The notes under the pieces were generated by a model, which did not search any database, was not told where the DNA came from, and saw nothing but the letters and a program-made list of their open reading frames with translations. Source: an uncultured Pseudomonadota bacterium (GTDB lineage: Bacteria > Pseudomonadota > Gammaproteobacteria > Enterobacterales > Succinivibrionaceae). Taken from it: a DNA stretch of 64,000 nucleotides. The stretch spans positions 251 to 64,250 of the forward strand of contig ONIT01000001.1 of the NCBI GenBank assembly GCA_900317945.1, written 5' to 3'. Positions 20,164 to 30,989 of this stretch are shown in pieces. A program made the position numbers and the translations under genes. The stretch's first letter is position 1, and each line of letters begins with the position of its first letter.

Positions 20164-21168
20164 ATGAGAAAATGCCGTGGCATGGCGCTCCTGATGGTGC
20201 TGGTGGCACTTGCCGTGATGATGTCAGTCGCGGCGGGGCTCTCCGTCCGCTACCACACACTGATGAACGAGACCTCGCAGCTCCTGGACTCGTTCCAGGC
20301 AAGGTGGTATGTGAAGGCATCAGATGTCATGGCTGTCAAGATCATCAAGCAGGACATCAGCGACAGCGGCGGATCGGTGAACCTCGCGCAGTACTGGGCG
20401 CAGGAGGGAAGGACCTTCCCCGTGGAGGGCGGCACCATCGGCGGCTTCGTGAGCGACAGCCAGACCTGCTTCAACGTGAATGCCATAAACACCAAGATCT
20501 CAGGCGAGGACAACTTCAGGAACGGCAAGGAGGACTATGTGCCGTACCTCAGGCAGGTGTTCCATGATCTGCTGATAAGGCTCGAGATCCCGGAGAATGA
20601 CGCGGACATCATCACTGACTCGCTCGCTGACTTCATTGATCCGAACCAGGACCTCGTATCCTCGAACGGCGCGGAGAACCCCTGGTACGCAGGGCAGAAA
20701 TACCCCTACCGGATCCCGGACGGCCCGATTTACGACATCAGCGAGATAAGGCTCGTCCGCGGCATGACGCCTGAGTTCTACCGAAGGATAAGGCCCTTTG
20801 TCTGCGCGCTGCCGGACAGCAGGTTCGTAATAAACATAAATACGATGAGGCAGCTCAACATGCCGCTCCTCGCCGCCCTGTTCCTTGACAGTTCGGTGAG
20901 CGAGGATGAGGCCTGGAACATGCTCGCCGAGCGTCCGGCTGACGGCTATCCCGCCGGGGCTGACTTTGTCTATTCGGATCAGGCGATGAGCAGGGAGTCT
21001 GACTACACCAAGGTGATGCTCAAGGAAATCATCGGCGTCACCTCATCGTACTTTGATGTTCATTCAGTTATCACCTATGGCAACGTAACATCAAGGTATT
21101 CCACAAAAATTCAGAAGGTTAATGGTAAGATGGTAGCCGTCAGCTCGGCACCGGAGGAGGAACAATGA
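20164..21168 (+). CDS. gspK: minor pseudopilin GspK
   Basis: ORF 20101..21168, trimmed to the ATG at 20164 (MRKCRGMALLMVLVALAVMM). About 334 aa, with GspK-like size and position. Confidence 0.8.
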   Translation: MRKCRGMALLMVLVALAVMMSVAAGLSVRYHTLMNETSQLLDSFQARWYVKASDVMAVKIIKQDISDSGGSVNLAQYWAQEGRTFPVEGGTIGGFVSDSQTCFNVNAINTKISGEDNFRNGKEDYVPYLRQVFHDLLIRLEIPENDADIITDSLADFIDPNQDLVSSNGAENPWYAGQKYPYRIPDGPIYDISEIRLVRGMTPEFYRRIRPFVCALPDSRFVININTMRQLNMPLLAALFLDSSVSEDEAWNMLAERPADGYPAGADFVYSDQAMSRESDYTKVMLKEIIGVTSSYFDVHSVITYGNVTSRYSTKIQKVNGKMVAVSSAPEEEQ

Positions 21169-22388
21169 GTGAAAGCCTGTTTGTAAGGCCTGACAGTACC
21201 GGTTCCTTCTTTGAGTGGGCAGTATGGTCCGACTCGCAGCGCAGGGTCACCGAGGCAGGCATGCAGAGCCTCACGGAGCCCGCCGGCGAGATCGCGCTGA
21301 AGGTGTCAGGGAGGAGGCACACCATCATCCTCCCTGCGTCATTCTATTCCTTCCAGCATGTCAGCTATCCGAAGAAGGTCAGGAGAATAAGCCCTGACGT
21401 CCTTGCCCTTTTCTGTGAGGGCAGGGTCGCCTCTGACATTGAGTCTTTCCGCGTATCGCTGCTCTCTGCCAAGGGCCGTGAGGCGGATCTCGCCATGATC
21501 GGGAAGGAGTTCCTGAAGAATATTTTCGCGAGGCTTGCCGACTTCGGCATCAATCCTGACCGTGTCCTCATAGACGCGCTCCTCCTGCCGCTTCCAGACG
21601 ATCCGGGGCCGGAGAGCATGTCAGTGGTGCGCGACTTCTCGGGGTTCCTCGTAAGGAGCGGCAGGTTCAGCGGCACCTACATCGACGACAGCTGGGCATC
21701 GGCCTTTTTCTCGGGGCTCAGCGACAAGATGCATGTCACCGTGCTGGGTGAGGACGAGCTCCCGGATTTCCGCGGCAAGGTGCAGAGGAAGCCGGGGCTC
21801 GGGAGGCTCATCGAGTATTTTCCGGGAGCATCGGAGAAGAAGAAGGGCATTTACCAGGAGGCGCCTTCAGGGAAGAAGAGATCCAGCATCCTGAAGAACC
21901 CGATGTTCATCGAATGGATCCCGGCCATAGTCATGCTCCTTATCTTCATGACGGCAGGAGTCGTCTCCGGCATAACCGGCGCGGTGAGGTTTGACCGGGA
22001 AAACCAGTTCCTGAAGAGCGACATTGCCAAAAGGGCGAAAATCCTGTTCCCGAACATGCCGTCATCTGCTGATCCGATGAGCTATCTCAGGGGACAGCTC
22101 AAGCACCGTCCGGTCATGTCATCCTCAGGCTTCCTCCTTTCCATGGCGGAGATTTCCGGGATATTCAGGGGATTCCCTGACGTGAAGGTGCAGAGCATCT
22201 CCTTCGATGAGACCCGCGGGTTTGTAATACATGTCTCAGCCCCTGACTACGCCTCAATCGAGCGCCTCGGCAACTCAATGCCCGGCAGCTACCAGGTCTC
22301 GTTCGGAGACGTGAAGAAGGGAGACAAGGAGACCGAGACGGATATCATCCTCAGGAGAGAGGTTCAGAAAGAGGGAGGCCGCAGATGA
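21165..22388 (+). CDS. gspL: type II secretion assembly protein GspL
   Basis: 407 aa with a cytoplasmic actin-like N-terminal domain, one central transmembrane segment (IPAIVMLLIFMTAGVVSGI) and a periplasmic C-terminus. It overlaps gspK and gspM. Confidence 0.75.
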   Translation: MSESLFVRPDSTGSFFEWAVWSDSQRRVTEAGMQSLTEPAGEIALKVSGRRHTIILPASFYSFQHVSYPKKVRRISPDVLALFCEGRVASDIESFRVSLLSAKGREADLAMIGKEFLKNIFARLADFGINPDRVLIDALLLPLPDDPGPESMSVVRDFSGFLVRSGRFSGTYIDDSWASAFFSGLSDKMHVTVLGEDELPDFRGKVQRKPGLGRLIEYFPGASEKKKGIYQEAPSGKKRSSILKNPMFIEWIPAIVMLLIFMTAGVVSGITGAVRFDRENQFLKSDIAKRAKILFPNMPSSADPMSYLRGQLKHRPVMSSSGFLLSMAEISGIFRGFPDVKVQSISFDETRGFVIHVSAPDYASIERLGNSMPGSYQVSFGDVKKGDKETETDIILRREVQKEGGRR

Positions 22389-22879
22389 AGGATCAGTTCC
22401 TTAAATGGTGGAACAGCCAGACTCCCCATGACAGAAAGCTGTGGCTTGCCATCGCCGGCTGCGTTTTCTTCGGCATATTCTATTTCGGCGTGTATCATCC
22501 GCTTGTCAGCTGGCAGGATCGGAACTCCACGAAAAACGCGAAGCTGAAGTCCGACATCAAGTGGATTTCAACCAACTACCAGGCCCTGGAGAAGATTTCC
22601 TCCGCGGCGAAGAAGAACAGCGCCGCCGGAGGAACCTCAATTCAGAGCGCCGTGGAGAAGACCGTCAAGAAATATCTCATAACCGTTACCAGGATGCAGA
22701 ACTCAGGAGCGTCCCAGGTGTCTGTTTCGCTGGGGGACGTTGAGTTCCCGAGCCTCATGAAGTGGGCTGCGGATCTGGAGCAGAACTGGCATATCAGGGT
22801 GTCATCGATTGATATTGTCGGCATGGGACAGGGTGTGGTAAAGGTAAACCGTATAGTGCTGGAGAAAAATGAGAACTAA
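22385..22879 (+). CDS. gspM: type II secretion protein GspM
   Basis: 164 aa with a single N-terminal transmembrane segment (LWLAIAGCVFFGIFYFGVY). The assignment uses its position after gspL. Confidence 0.7.
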   Translation: MKDQFLKWWNSQTPHDRKLWLAIAGCVFFGIFYFGVYHPLVSWQDRNSTKNAKLKSDIKWISTNYQALEKISSAAKKNSAAGGTSIQSAVEKTVKKYLITVTRMQNSGASQVSVSLGDVEFPSLMKWAADLEQNWHIRVSSIDIVGMGQGVVKVNRIVLEKNEN

Positions 22880-23633
22880 GCTGCTGATCATCGCGCTCTG
22901 CCTTTCGGCGTTCTTCCTTTTTGTGATATTCGGGGCGATCTCCTCGCTGCCTGCCGATATCGCAGTCTCCCATATGTCGCTGCCCAAGTCCGTTAAGATA
23001 ACCGGCGCTACCGGAACGGTTCAGAACGGCTTTGCAGAGAGGGTCAGAAGCGGTGCCTTCTCTGTCTCCAATGTGTCATGGTCATCCGGCGGGCTGATTG
23101 ACCTTCTGAGGGGGCGCGCCCACATCAGCGTCGATGATCCGAAGCTTATCTCAGCCTCGGCCGATCTAACCGCCGCGCCAAACCTCCTGGTCCTCGAGCA
23201 TCTTACCGGGACCGGGACGGTGGACCGCATTGTCAAGTACATCGGCCTCGCCAAGATGCCGGTCCAGTTCACCGGAAACGTCGATCTAAAGTTCCCCTAT
23301 GTTGCCTTTCAGAACGGAAAGTGCGACCGCGTGGCAGGCAGGATTATGCTGAGCGAGCTCACCGGCAAGGTCCAGGGCCAGGTATTTGACCTTGGAGCCG
23401 GCGAGTTCAAGTTTGAGTGCCGCAAGGGCAACATCGAGGCCAAGGTCCTTATAAGCTCCGAGATGTACACCATCAACGGAAACTTCACCGTAACCTCCAA
23501 GGGCGCGACGCTGTTCCGCGGCTCGCTCACTCCGAACCAGGAGCTTGAGCCGGAGCTGAGGATGGGACTGTCGCTCTTTGGCAAGGAGAACAAGGACGGC
23601 TCGTACTCCTTTACCGTAAGGGATCACTTCTGA
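22869..23633 (+). CDS. gspN: type II secretion protein GspN
   Basis: 254 aa with an N-terminal transmembrane segment followed by LPADIAVSHM...GATGTVQNG...GKCDRVAGRI. The pattern resembles Vibrio EpsN as I recall it. It is the last gene of the operon. Confidence 0.6.
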   Translation: MRTKLLIIALCLSAFFLFVIFGAISSLPADIAVSHMSLPKSVKITGATGTVQNGFAERVRSGAFSVSNVSWSSGGLIDLLRGRAHISVDDPKLISASADLTAAPNLLVLEHLTGTGTVDRIVKYIGLAKMPVQFTGNVDLKFPYVAFQNGKCDRVAGRIMLSELTGKVQGQVFDLGAGEFKFECRKGNIEAKVLISSEMYTINGNFTVTSKGATLFRGSLTPNQELEPELRMGLSLFGKENKDGSYSFTVRDHF

Positions 23634-23709
23634 CGCTTTCCTGACATACCAGGCGGTATGATATGCCGCAGCCGGCGCCCCTGAGGCCCGGCATTGCTGT
23701 TTGGCGGAC

Positions 23710-25665
23710 ATGATCAAAATGAAATTTCTCTCTGGGCTTAGCTCCCTGGCAAAACCGTTTATTCAGGCGTGCTGCGCGTTCCTGCTCCTGACTTTCCTCT
23801 CAAGGGCAGTGCTCTCAGCCTGCTGGTGGGAAAACTTTCACGGGCTCTCTGACGTGCTGTCGGTATTCGTCTCAGGCGTGAGGTCAGATCTCTCTGCCAT
23901 CGGCTGGCTCGTATCGCCGTGCTTCCTTGTCTGGTTCCTTCTGGGAGGAACCAGGCTCCATGCGCCGGCTTCCGTTTTTACGCGGATTCTTCTTTTTGCC
24001 GTCCTTTCGGCAGCGGTCATTCTCGAGGTTACGACAGGTCCTTTCCTTGAGGAGTACGGCGTGAGGCCCAACAGGCTCTATGTCGAGTACCTGATTTACC
24101 CGAAGGAGGTCATCTCGATGATTGTCTCCGGGCATATCTGGGCTCTGGTCATCTGCGTGCCCGCTGCTGCAGCACTCATCTTTCTTGTCTGGAAATTTCT
24201 CAGGAGAATATTACCCGCAGGCATTGAGAGCCCCGGCATCACGGCAAGGTGCATCTGCTTCATTGTTTTTGCGGTGCTCTCGTTTGGACTTGCGAGGGGA
24301 ACTCTCGGCCACCGGCCGCTCAATCCGGCCTATCTCGCATTCAGCTCAGACTCGGTGCTGAACTCTCTCGGCATCAACTCGCCATACTCCCTGGGCTACG
24401 CGCTCTACAGCATGGCAGGAGAGAAAACGAAGAATATCTATGAGAGCATCGGAGATGACGAGATAATAAGGCGCCTCAGAAAGGATCTGGGGCTCGACGG
24501 CAGTGTCCTGAAGGATGCTCCTACTCTCCACAGTGAGGAAAGCTCATTTCCGGGAAGGAATCTCAATATTGTGATCCTGCTGCAGGAGAGCCTCGGCGCC
24601 GGCTATGTTGGAGCGCTGACGGGCGGGAACCTGACGCCCAATGTTGATGAAATTTACAGGGAAGGCTGGGGATTCTACAACCTGTATGCCACAGGCACCA
24701 GGAGCGTCAGGGGCATAGAGGCCGTGACGACAGGCTTTACCCCGACCTACAACTCGGCAGTGGTGAAGCTCCCCTGCGGCGAGAGCGATTTCTTCAGCAT
24801 CGCCTCGGTCCTTAAGGACAGGGGATATGACACATCATTCATCTATGGCGGCGAGAGCCATTTTGACAACATGAAGTCGTTCTTCCTCCGGAACGGCTAT
24901 CAGAGGATCATCGATCAGAATAGCTACGTGAGCCCGTCATTCACTGCGACATGGGGCGTCTCGGACGAGGATCTCTACAGCCGCGCGGACGAGGAGTTCG
25001 CGAGGCTTGAAGACGAGGGGAAGAGCTTCTACTCGCTGGTGTTCACCTCGAGCAACCATGATCCCTTCGAGATCCCGGAGGGGAAGACCGAGCCTGTCGA
25101 AAGCCCGCTTTTCACCAGGAACAATGCGGTGAAGTACTCTGACTGGGCCTTCGGCAGGTTCATGGAGAAGGCGAGGAAGTCCTCGTACTGGAAAAATACG
25201 GTTTTTCTCCTCATCGCGGATCACGACGCGAGGACCTATGCGGCGGCTGATTTCCCGGTAAGGCATTTCCATATTCCGGCGGTTATATTCGGCGGCCCGG
25301 TCGAAAAGAAGTCTGACATGAGGCTGGTGAGCCAGATTGACATGGTGCCGACGCTCCTCTCCCTTGCCGGCGTTTCGGCTGATATCCCGGTGCCTGGATA
25401 CGACCTTACGAAAAATGCTGAAATCAGCGAGCGGGCGGTAATGCAGTACCAGAACAACGATTTCGCCATGCTGAGGAAGAACGGAGATCTCGTAATACTG
25501 AAGCCGGAGAAGGATCCTGTATTCAGAAAATACGATTTTGCATCCGGGAAAATCGGCGGAGAGATCCCGACAGACAGAGATCTCTACCGCACGGCGCTCT
25601 CCTACGCGGTATTCGGCCTCTCGTCCTGCAGGAACGGCTGGTACAGCTACAGCAGGACAAAGTAA
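23710..25665 (+). CDS. LtaS/sulfatase-family membrane phosphotransferase (MdoB/LtaS-like)
   Basis: The N-terminus has 5 hydrophobic helices and the C-terminus is a sulfatase-type domain (VILLQESLG...TGTRSVRG...FTSSNHDPF...LIADHD). The track ORF starts at a TTG at 23701; the ATG at 23710 is preferred. Confidence 0.8.
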   Translation: MIKMKFLSGLSSLAKPFIQACCAFLLLTFLSRAVLSACWWENFHGLSDVLSVFVSGVRSDLSAIGWLVSPCFLVWFLLGGTRLHAPASVFTRILLFAVLSAAVILEVTTGPFLEEYGVRPNRLYVEYLIYPKEVISMIVSGHIWALVICVPAAAALIFLVWKFLRRILPAGIESPGITARCICFIVFAVLSFGLARGTLGHRPLNPAYLAFSSDSVLNSLGINSPYSLGYALYSMAGEKTKNIYESIGDDEIIRRLRKDLGLDGSVLKDAPTLHSEESSFPGRNLNIVILLQESLGAGYVGALTGGNLTPNVDEIYREGWGFYNLYATGTRSVRGIEAVTTGFTPTYNSAVVKLPCGESDFFSIASVLKDRGYDTSFIYGGESHFDNMKSFFLRNGYQRIIDQNSYVSPSFTATWGVSDEDLYSRADEEFARLEDEGKSFYSLVFTSSNHDPFEIPEGKTEPVESPLFTRNNAVKYSDWAFGRFMEKARKSSYWKNTVFLLIADHDARTYAAADFPVRHFHIPAVIFGGPVEKKSDMRLVSQIDMVPTLLSLAGVSADIPVPGYDLTKNAEISERAVMQYQNNDFAMLRKNGDLVILKPEKDPVFRKYDFASGKIGGEIPTDRDLYRTALSYAVFGLSSCRNGWYSYSRTK

Positions 25666-25746
25666 AAGCAGAAGTAAGGCAGCCCTTTTTAATAGCTTTT
25701 CTGCAGCATGCCCGGCTGCGCCGGATTCTGCACATTAAAATTTGCT

Positions 25747-25774
25747 TTGCTTGCATGGCAAATGCTGGTATAAT
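25747..25774 (+). promoter_or_regulatory. candidate sigma70 promoter of the S10 operon
   Basis: TTGCTT, a 16-nt spacer, then TGgTATAAT (an extended -10), about 175 nt upstream of rpsJ. Confidence 0.55.
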
Positions 25775-25879
25775 GTGCACCACTTTGCATGTCTCTGAAA
25801 CAAAGGCAGCGCAAATGGCGTGGTTTCACGCCTGGTGAAAATCCTCCCGATATGGGAGGTACAGATGTAAGATGAACCG

Positions 25880-25913
25880 CCCGATTTTGAGAAATAAATC
25901 AGGACCGGTTTTT
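25880..25913 (+). promoter_or_regulatory. S10-leader hairpin plus U-tract (candidate L4-type attenuator)
   Basis: CCGATTT-loop-AAATC(A)GG forms a bulged stem, and CCGGTTTTTCTTG lies about 35 nt before rpsJ. By analogy it resembles the E. coli S10 leader attenuator, but the sequences are not homologous by eye. Confidence 0.3.
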
Positions 25914-25948
25914 CTTGTTCTTTAATCCATTTGGAGCTCTGGTATTAA

Positions 25949-26260
<312 letters not shown>

Positions 26261-26277
26261 AGGAGAGGTAGACAACA

Positions 26278-26919
26278 ATGTCAATCGGTATGGTTGGTCG
26301 CAAGATTGGTATGACCCGTGTTTTCACTGAAAACGGCGCATCAATCCCTGTGACTGTTATACAGGTAGAAGCTAACCGTGTAACCCAGGTTAAGAACACC
26401 GAGAAGGACGGCTACACCGCCATTCAGGTTACTACCGGCACGGTAAAGCAGAATCGTCTCAACAAGCCTGAGAAGGGCCTTTTCGCCAAGACCGGCGTTG
26501 AGGCAGGCCGCGGACTCTGGGAGTTCAGAATCGATGAGAAAGACATCGGTTCCTACAAGGTCGGCGACGAAGTCAAGGCTGAGACTGTCTTCAAGGATGT
26601 AAAGAGAGTTGATGTCACTGGCACCAGCAAGGGTAAGGGCACACAGGGAACTGTGAAGCGCTACAACTTCGGCACCCAGGACTGGACTCACGGCAACTCC
26701 CGTTCCTACAGAGTTGTTGGTTCAACCGGTCAGAACCAGACCCCGGGACGCGTCCGCAAGGGCAAGAAGATGTTCGGCCACCTCGGCTCAGTCCGCGTAA
26801 CCGTTCAGCGTCTCGAAGTAGTTCGCGTTGATGCAGCACGCAGCGTCCTCCTCGTAAAGGGAGCTGTTCCTGGCGCAATCAACGGCGACGTTATTGTTAA
26901 ACCAACCGTTAAGGCCTAA
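26278..26919 (+). CDS. rplC: 50S ribosomal protein L3
   Basis: [33 protein letters not shown] and the C-terminal [10 protein letters not shown] match L3. Confidence 0.98.
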   Translation: MSIGMVGRKIGMTRVFTENGASIPVTVIQVEANRVTQVKNTEKDGYTAIQVTTGTVKQNRLNKPEKGLFAKTGVEAGRGLWEFRIDEKDIGSYKVGDEVKAETVFKDVKRVDVTGTSKGKGTQGTVKRYNFGTQDWTHGNSRSYRVVGSTGQNQTPGRVRKGKKMFGHLGSVRVTVQRLEVVRVDAARSVLLVKGAVPGAINGDVIVKPTVKA

Positions 26920-26933
26920 TCCGGGAGACTGTC

Positions 26934-27542
26934 ATGGAATTAACAATGAAGGACACCAACAGTGCCCTTACCGTTAAAGAGACTACTTTCGGACGTGAGT
27001 TCAATGAGGCTCTCATCCATCAGGTAGTCGTAGCCTATGCTAACGGCGGCCGTCAGGGCAGCGTTAAGCAGAAGAACCGTCCTGAGGTATCAGGCGGCGG
27101 CAAGAAGCCTTGGCGTCAGAAGGGCACCGGCCACGCACGTGCCGGCTCGATCCGCTCTCCGCTTTGGCGTCACGGCGCAGTAACCTTTGCTGCAAGGCCT
27201 CAGGATTACTCCGAGAAGGTCAACAGAAAGATGTACAGCACCGCAATCAAGAGCATTCTTTCTGAGCTCGTCCGCCAGAACCGCCTCGTTGTAGTAAATG
27301 AGTTCAGCGTTGATACTCCCAAGACCAAGGCCCTTCTTGAGAAGCTCAAGTCCCTTGATCTCCAGAACGTATTCATCGTTGATCAGGAAGTAACCGAGAA
27401 TCTTTATCTCGCTTCCCGCAACCTGGGCAAGAGTGTTCGTGTCAGCGACGTGCTGGCAATGGATCCGGTCAGCCTCATCCGCCACGACAAGGTGCTGATG
27501 ACTTCCGGAGCTGTCAGGAAAGTTGAGGAGCTTTGGGGATGA
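26934..27542 (+). CDS. rplD: 50S ribosomal protein L4
   Basis: [26 protein letters not shown]...[16 protein letters not shown] matches L4. Confidence 0.98.
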   Translation: MELTMKDTNSALTVKETTFGREFNEALIHQVVVAYANGGRQGSVKQKNRPEVSGGGKKPWRQKGTGHARAGSIRSPLWRHGAVTFAARPQDYSEKVNRKMYSTAIKSILSELVRQNRLVVVNEFSVDTPKTKALLEKLKSLDLQNVFIVDQEVTENLYLASRNLGKSVRVSDVLAMDPVSLIRHDKVLMTSGAVRKVEELWG

Positions 27543-27838
27543 TTCGCGATCAGTACATCAGCAGTGTAGTCAAGTCCGTAATAGTCTCTGAAAAGAGTGC
27601 TGGGCTCAGGGACAATGGTTCCACCATCGTCCTCAGAGTACTTCGCGACGCTACCAAGAAAGATATCAAGGAAGCTGTAGAGAAGCTTTTCGGATTCAAG
27701 GTTGAGTCGGTCAACACCATCAACTACGCCGGCAAGTTTAACCGCAGCCGCAATTCTGCCCGTCAGGACTGGAAAAAGGCCTATGTTACCCTCGAGAAGG
27801 GGCAGAACCTTGAGCAGTTCGACGGCGCTGCCGAGTAA
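27539..27838 (+). CDS. rplW: 50S ribosomal protein L23
   Basis: ORF 27533, trimmed to the ATG at 27539, which overlaps the rplD stop (ATGA). [15 protein letters not shown] is an L23 motif. Confidence 0.95.
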   Translation: MIRDQYISSVVKSVIVSEKSAGLRDNGSTIVLRVLRDATKKDIKEAVEKLFGFKVESVNTINYAGKFNRSRNSARQDWKKAYVTLEKGQNLEQFDGAAE

Positions 27839-27848
27839 GGGGTGAAAA

Positions 27849-28670
27849 ATGGCAGTAGTTAAATGCAAACCTACGTCTGCAGGCCGCAGACATGCAGTCA
27901 AGGTAAGAACTGCAGACCTGTACAAGGGCCGTCCGCTTAAGTCGCTCGTCGTTGAGAAGCGCGGCACCGGCGGACGCAACTCCTTCGGCCGCATCACCAC
28001 ACGTCAGATCGGCGGCGGCCACAAGCAGAATTACCGTCTTGTTGACTTCAAGCGTGACAAGGACGGAATCCCGGCAAAGATTGTTCGTCTCGAGTACGAT
28101 CCTAACCGTTCCGCCAACATCGCTCTCTGCCTGTACGCAGACGGTGCTTACCGCTATATCCTTGCTCCCAAGGGACTCAAGGTCGGCGACAAGATCGAAA
28201 GCGGCAACTCTGTAGAGATCAAGACCGGCAATGCGCTTCCCATGCACAACATCCCGGTAGGCACCACCGTTCACGCGGTTGAGCTCTATCCCGGAAAGGG
28301 CGCGCAGCTGGCACGTTCCGCAGGCTCCTATGCCCAGATCCTTGCCCGTGAGGGATCCTATGTAACTCTCCGCCTCCGTTCAGGCGAGATGAGAAAGGTC
28401 CTGGCAGACGGAAAGGCCGTCATCGGTGAGGTCGGCAACGGCGAGCACATGCTTGAGCAGCTCGGCAAGGCCGGTGCAAAGCGCTGGCGCGGAATCCGTC
28501 CTACCGTCCGCGGTATGTCAATGAACCCTATCGACCATCCGCACGGCGGTGGCGAGGGACGCAACAAGGGCATTCAGCCTGTTACTCCCTGGGGTCAGAA
28601 GTGCAAGGGCTACAAGACCCGCAAGAACAAACGTACTGACAGATTTATCGTACGCCGTCGTGAGAAGTAA
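27849..28670 (+). CDS. rplB: 50S ribosomal protein L2
   Basis: [15 protein letters not shown]...[14 protein letters not shown]...[12 protein letters not shown] matches L2. Confidence 0.98.
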   Translation: MAVVKCKPTSAGRRHAVKVRTADLYKGRPLKSLVVEKRGTGGRNSFGRITTRQIGGGHKQNYRLVDFKRDKDGIPAKIVRLEYDPNRSANIALCLYADGAYRYILAPKGLKVGDKIESGNSVEIKTGNALPMHNIPVGTTVHAVELYPGKGAQLARSAGSYAQILAREGSYVTLRLRSGEMRKVLADGKAVIGEVGNGEHMLEQLGKAGAKRWRGIRPTVRGMSMNPIDHPHGGGEGRNKGIQPVTPWGQKCKGYKTRKNKRTDRFIVRRREK

Positions 28671-28690
28671 TTTAATTAAGGGGAATAACC

Positions 28691-28999
28691 ATGCCACGTT
28701 CTCTCAAGAAAGGTCCTTTTATTGACCATCACTTGTTGCAGAAGGTAGAGAAAGCGGTGGAAAGCGGTGACAAGAAGCCTATCAAGACCTGGTCCCGTCG
28801 CTCAATGATCATACCTACTATGATTGGATTGACCATCGCCGTTCATAATGGTCGTCAGCATGTGCCTGTTTACATCACTGATGACATGGTTGGACATAAG
28901 CTCGGTGAGTTCGCTCCTACCCGTACGTTCAAGGGCCACACTCCTTCTGACAAGAAGGCTGCGGCCGGCGCACCGGCAGCAGCACCGGCAGCAAAGTGA
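28691..28999 (+). CDS. rpsS: 30S ribosomal protein S19 (with Ala/Pro-rich C-terminal tail)
   Basis: [38 protein letters not shown] is nearly identical to E. coli S19. It carries an extra tail, [15 protein letters not shown]. Confidence 0.98.
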   Translation: MPRSLKKGPFIDHHLLQKVEKAVESGDKKPIKTWSRRSMIIPTMIGLTIAVHNGRQHVPVYITDDMVGHKLGEFAPTRTFKGHTPSDKKAAAGAPAAAPAAK

Positions 29000-29016
29000 G
29001 CTAAGGAGAAATAAAG

Positions 29017-29352
29017 ATGCAAGCTATAGCAATTCATCGTTATGCTAAGTCCTCGGCTCAGAAGGCACGTCTGGTCGCTGACCAGATCCGCGGACTTCCT
29101 GTTGAACAGGCAACCAACCTGCTGACCTTCAGCAAGCGCAAGGCTGCCGGACTCATCAAGAAGGTCCTGCTTTCCGCTGTTGCCAATGCTGAGAACAACC
29201 TCAACCTCGACTCCGCTGACCTCAAGGTCGCTGAGATCCGTGTGGATGAGGGGCCTTCCATGAAGCGCATGTTCGCTCGTGCGAAGGGCCGCGGTGACCG
29301 TATCGTCAAGCGCAGCTCTCACATTACCGTTGTAGTGTCGGACGACAAGTAG
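29017..29352 (+). CDS. rplV: 50S ribosomal protein L22
   Basis: [18 protein letters not shown]...L.FS.KKAA and [25 protein letters not shown] match L22. Confidence 0.97.
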   Translation: MQAIAIHRYAKSSAQKARLVADQIRGLPVEQATNLLTFSKRKAAGLIKKVLLSAVANAENNLNLDSADLKVAEIRVDEGPSMKRMFARAKGRGDRIVKRSSHITVVVSDDK

Positions 29353-29362
29353 GGGTATATAA

Positions 29363-30085
29363 ATGGGTCAAAAAGTTAATCCGAACGGAATCCGTCTTGG
29401 TATTACCAAGCCTTTCAGTTCGACTTGGTACGCAGGAACCAAGCAGTTCCCTTCGTACCTGCAGGGTGACTTCGCCGTCCGCAATTATCTGACTGCGAAG
29501 CTGAAGGACGCTTCCGTTTCCAAGATCATCATCGACCGTCCTGCCAAGAGCATCAAGGTTACCATCCGTACTGCTCGTCCCGGCATCGTAGTCGGCAAGA
29601 GCGGCGCCAACATCGAGCCTCTCCGTCTTGAGGTTGAGAAGCTGGCCGGCGTTCCTGCCCAGATCAAGGTCGTCGAGATCCATCACGGCAAGGAAGAGAT
29701 CGAGGCCCAGCTGGTTGCAAACAGCATTGCTGACCAGCTCGAGCACCGTGTCATGTTCCGCCGTGCGATCAAGAAGGCAGTTCAGAATGCTCTGCGCACC
29801 GGAGCCAAGGGTATTAAGGTTCAGGTAAGCGGACGTCTCGGCGGCGCCGAGATCTCCCGCAGCGAGTGGATCCGTGAGGGACGCGTTCCTCTGCATACAC
29901 TCCGTGCCGATATCGACTATGCTCTTGCTGAGGCACAGACTACCTACGGTGTCATCGGCATCAAGGTATGGATCTTCAAGGGCGAAATCCTCGGCAAAAT
30001 GCCTCTTAACGCTCTCGAAGAGGATGATTCTAAGTCTGAACCGAAGAAGCCCCGCCGTCAGCGCGAGCCTCGTTCAGCCAGATAA
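29363..30085 (+). CDS. rpsC: 30S ribosomal protein S3
   Basis: [14 protein letters not shown]...[29 protein letters not shown] matches S3. Confidence 0.98.
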   Translation: MGQKVNPNGIRLGITKPFSSTWYAGTKQFPSYLQGDFAVRNYLTAKLKDASVSKIIIDRPAKSIKVTIRTARPGIVVGKSGANIEPLRLEVEKLAGVPAQIKVVEIHHGKEEIEAQLVANSIADQLEHRVMFRRAIKKAVQNALRTGAKGIKVQVSGRLGGAEISRSEWIREGRVPLHTLRADIDYALAEAQTTYGVIGIKVWIFKGEILGKMPLNALEEDDSKSEPKKPRRQREPRSAR

Positions 30086-30098
30086 GGAGAACCGTTAA

Positions 30099-30512
30099 AT
30101 GTTACAGCCAAGACGTACTAAGTACCGCAAGGTACAGAAGGGACGTAATCGCGGTCTTGCTTATGCAGGCAACAAGGTCGAGCAGGGACAGTTCGGTCTT
30201 AAGGCTATTGATCGCGGCGCTCTGACCTCCCGTGAGATTGAGGCAGCCCGCCGTGCGATCTCCCGCTGCATGAACCGCCAGGGCGATCTCTTCATCAGAG
30301 TATTCCCTGACAAGCCTATTACCCAGAAGGCACTCGGTGTCCGTCAGGGTAAGGGTAAGGGAAATGTTGAATACTGGGTAGCTCCTATTCAGCCGGGCAA
30401 GATCATCTTTGAGATCGGCGGCGTTGCCACTGACATCGCAAAGCATGCCTTTGAGCTCGCTTCCGCCAAGCTGTCTGTCAAAACCAGCATCGTAGAGAGG
30501 ACTATACTGTAA
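30099..30512 (+). CDS. rplP: 50S ribosomal protein L16
   Basis: [21 protein letters not shown]...VFPDKPIT.K matches L16. Confidence 0.98.
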   Translation: MLQPRRTKYRKVQKGRNRGLAYAGNKVEQGQFGLKAIDRGALTSREIEAARRAISRCMNRQGDLFIRVFPDKPITQKALGVRQGKGKGNVEYWVAPIQPGKIIFEIGGVATDIAKHAFELASAKLSVKTSIVERTIL

Positions 30513-30709
30513 TGAAAGCTGAAGAACTTCGCGCAAAGTCCATTGAAGAACTCCAGACTTTTGTCAGTGAGACTTCCAAGGCACTGTTTGCACAGCGTAT
30601 GAAGAATCAGGCCGGCAAGCTTGATGACACCAACTCCATTAGCTCTCTTCGCCACGACATTGCCCGTGCGAAGACCATTATTGCTGAGAAGCAGAAGGGT
30701 ACCAAGTAA
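30512..30709 (+). CDS. rpmC: 50S ribosomal protein L29
   Basis: [14 protein letters not shown], 65 aa, positioned between rplP and rpsQ. Confidence 0.95.
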   Translation: MKAEELRAKSIEELQTFVSETSKALFAQRMKNQAGKLDDTNSISSLRHDIARAKTIIAEKQKGTK

Positions 30710-30963
30710 TGACTGAAAAATCAGCTCGTACCTTAATCGGTACTGTTGTCAGCGACAAGATGCAGAACGCTGCGGTCGTTCTCGTAGAGCGCCGCGTCAA
30801 GCATCCTGTATACGGCAAGATCATGACTGTCTCCAAGAAGTATCATGTATCTGATCCCAACAATGAGGCTCATACCGGCGATACCGTTCAGATTGCCGAG
30901 TGCAGGCCTGTTTCCAAGACAATCTCCTGGAAGGTTGTTGCCGTAACCAAGAAGGCAGAGTAA
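30709..30963 (+). CDS. rpsQ: 30S ribosomal protein S17
   Basis: RTLIGTVVSDKMQNAAVVLVERRVKHPVYGK...YHVSDPNNEAHTGD matches S17. Confidence 0.97.
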   Translation: MTEKSARTLIGTVVSDKMQNAAVVLVERRVKHPVYGKIMTVSKKYHVSDPNNEAHTGDTVQIAECRPVSKTISWKVVAVTKKAE

Positions 30964-30989
30964 TTTCTGTTTTCCGATGACCAAGCAAG

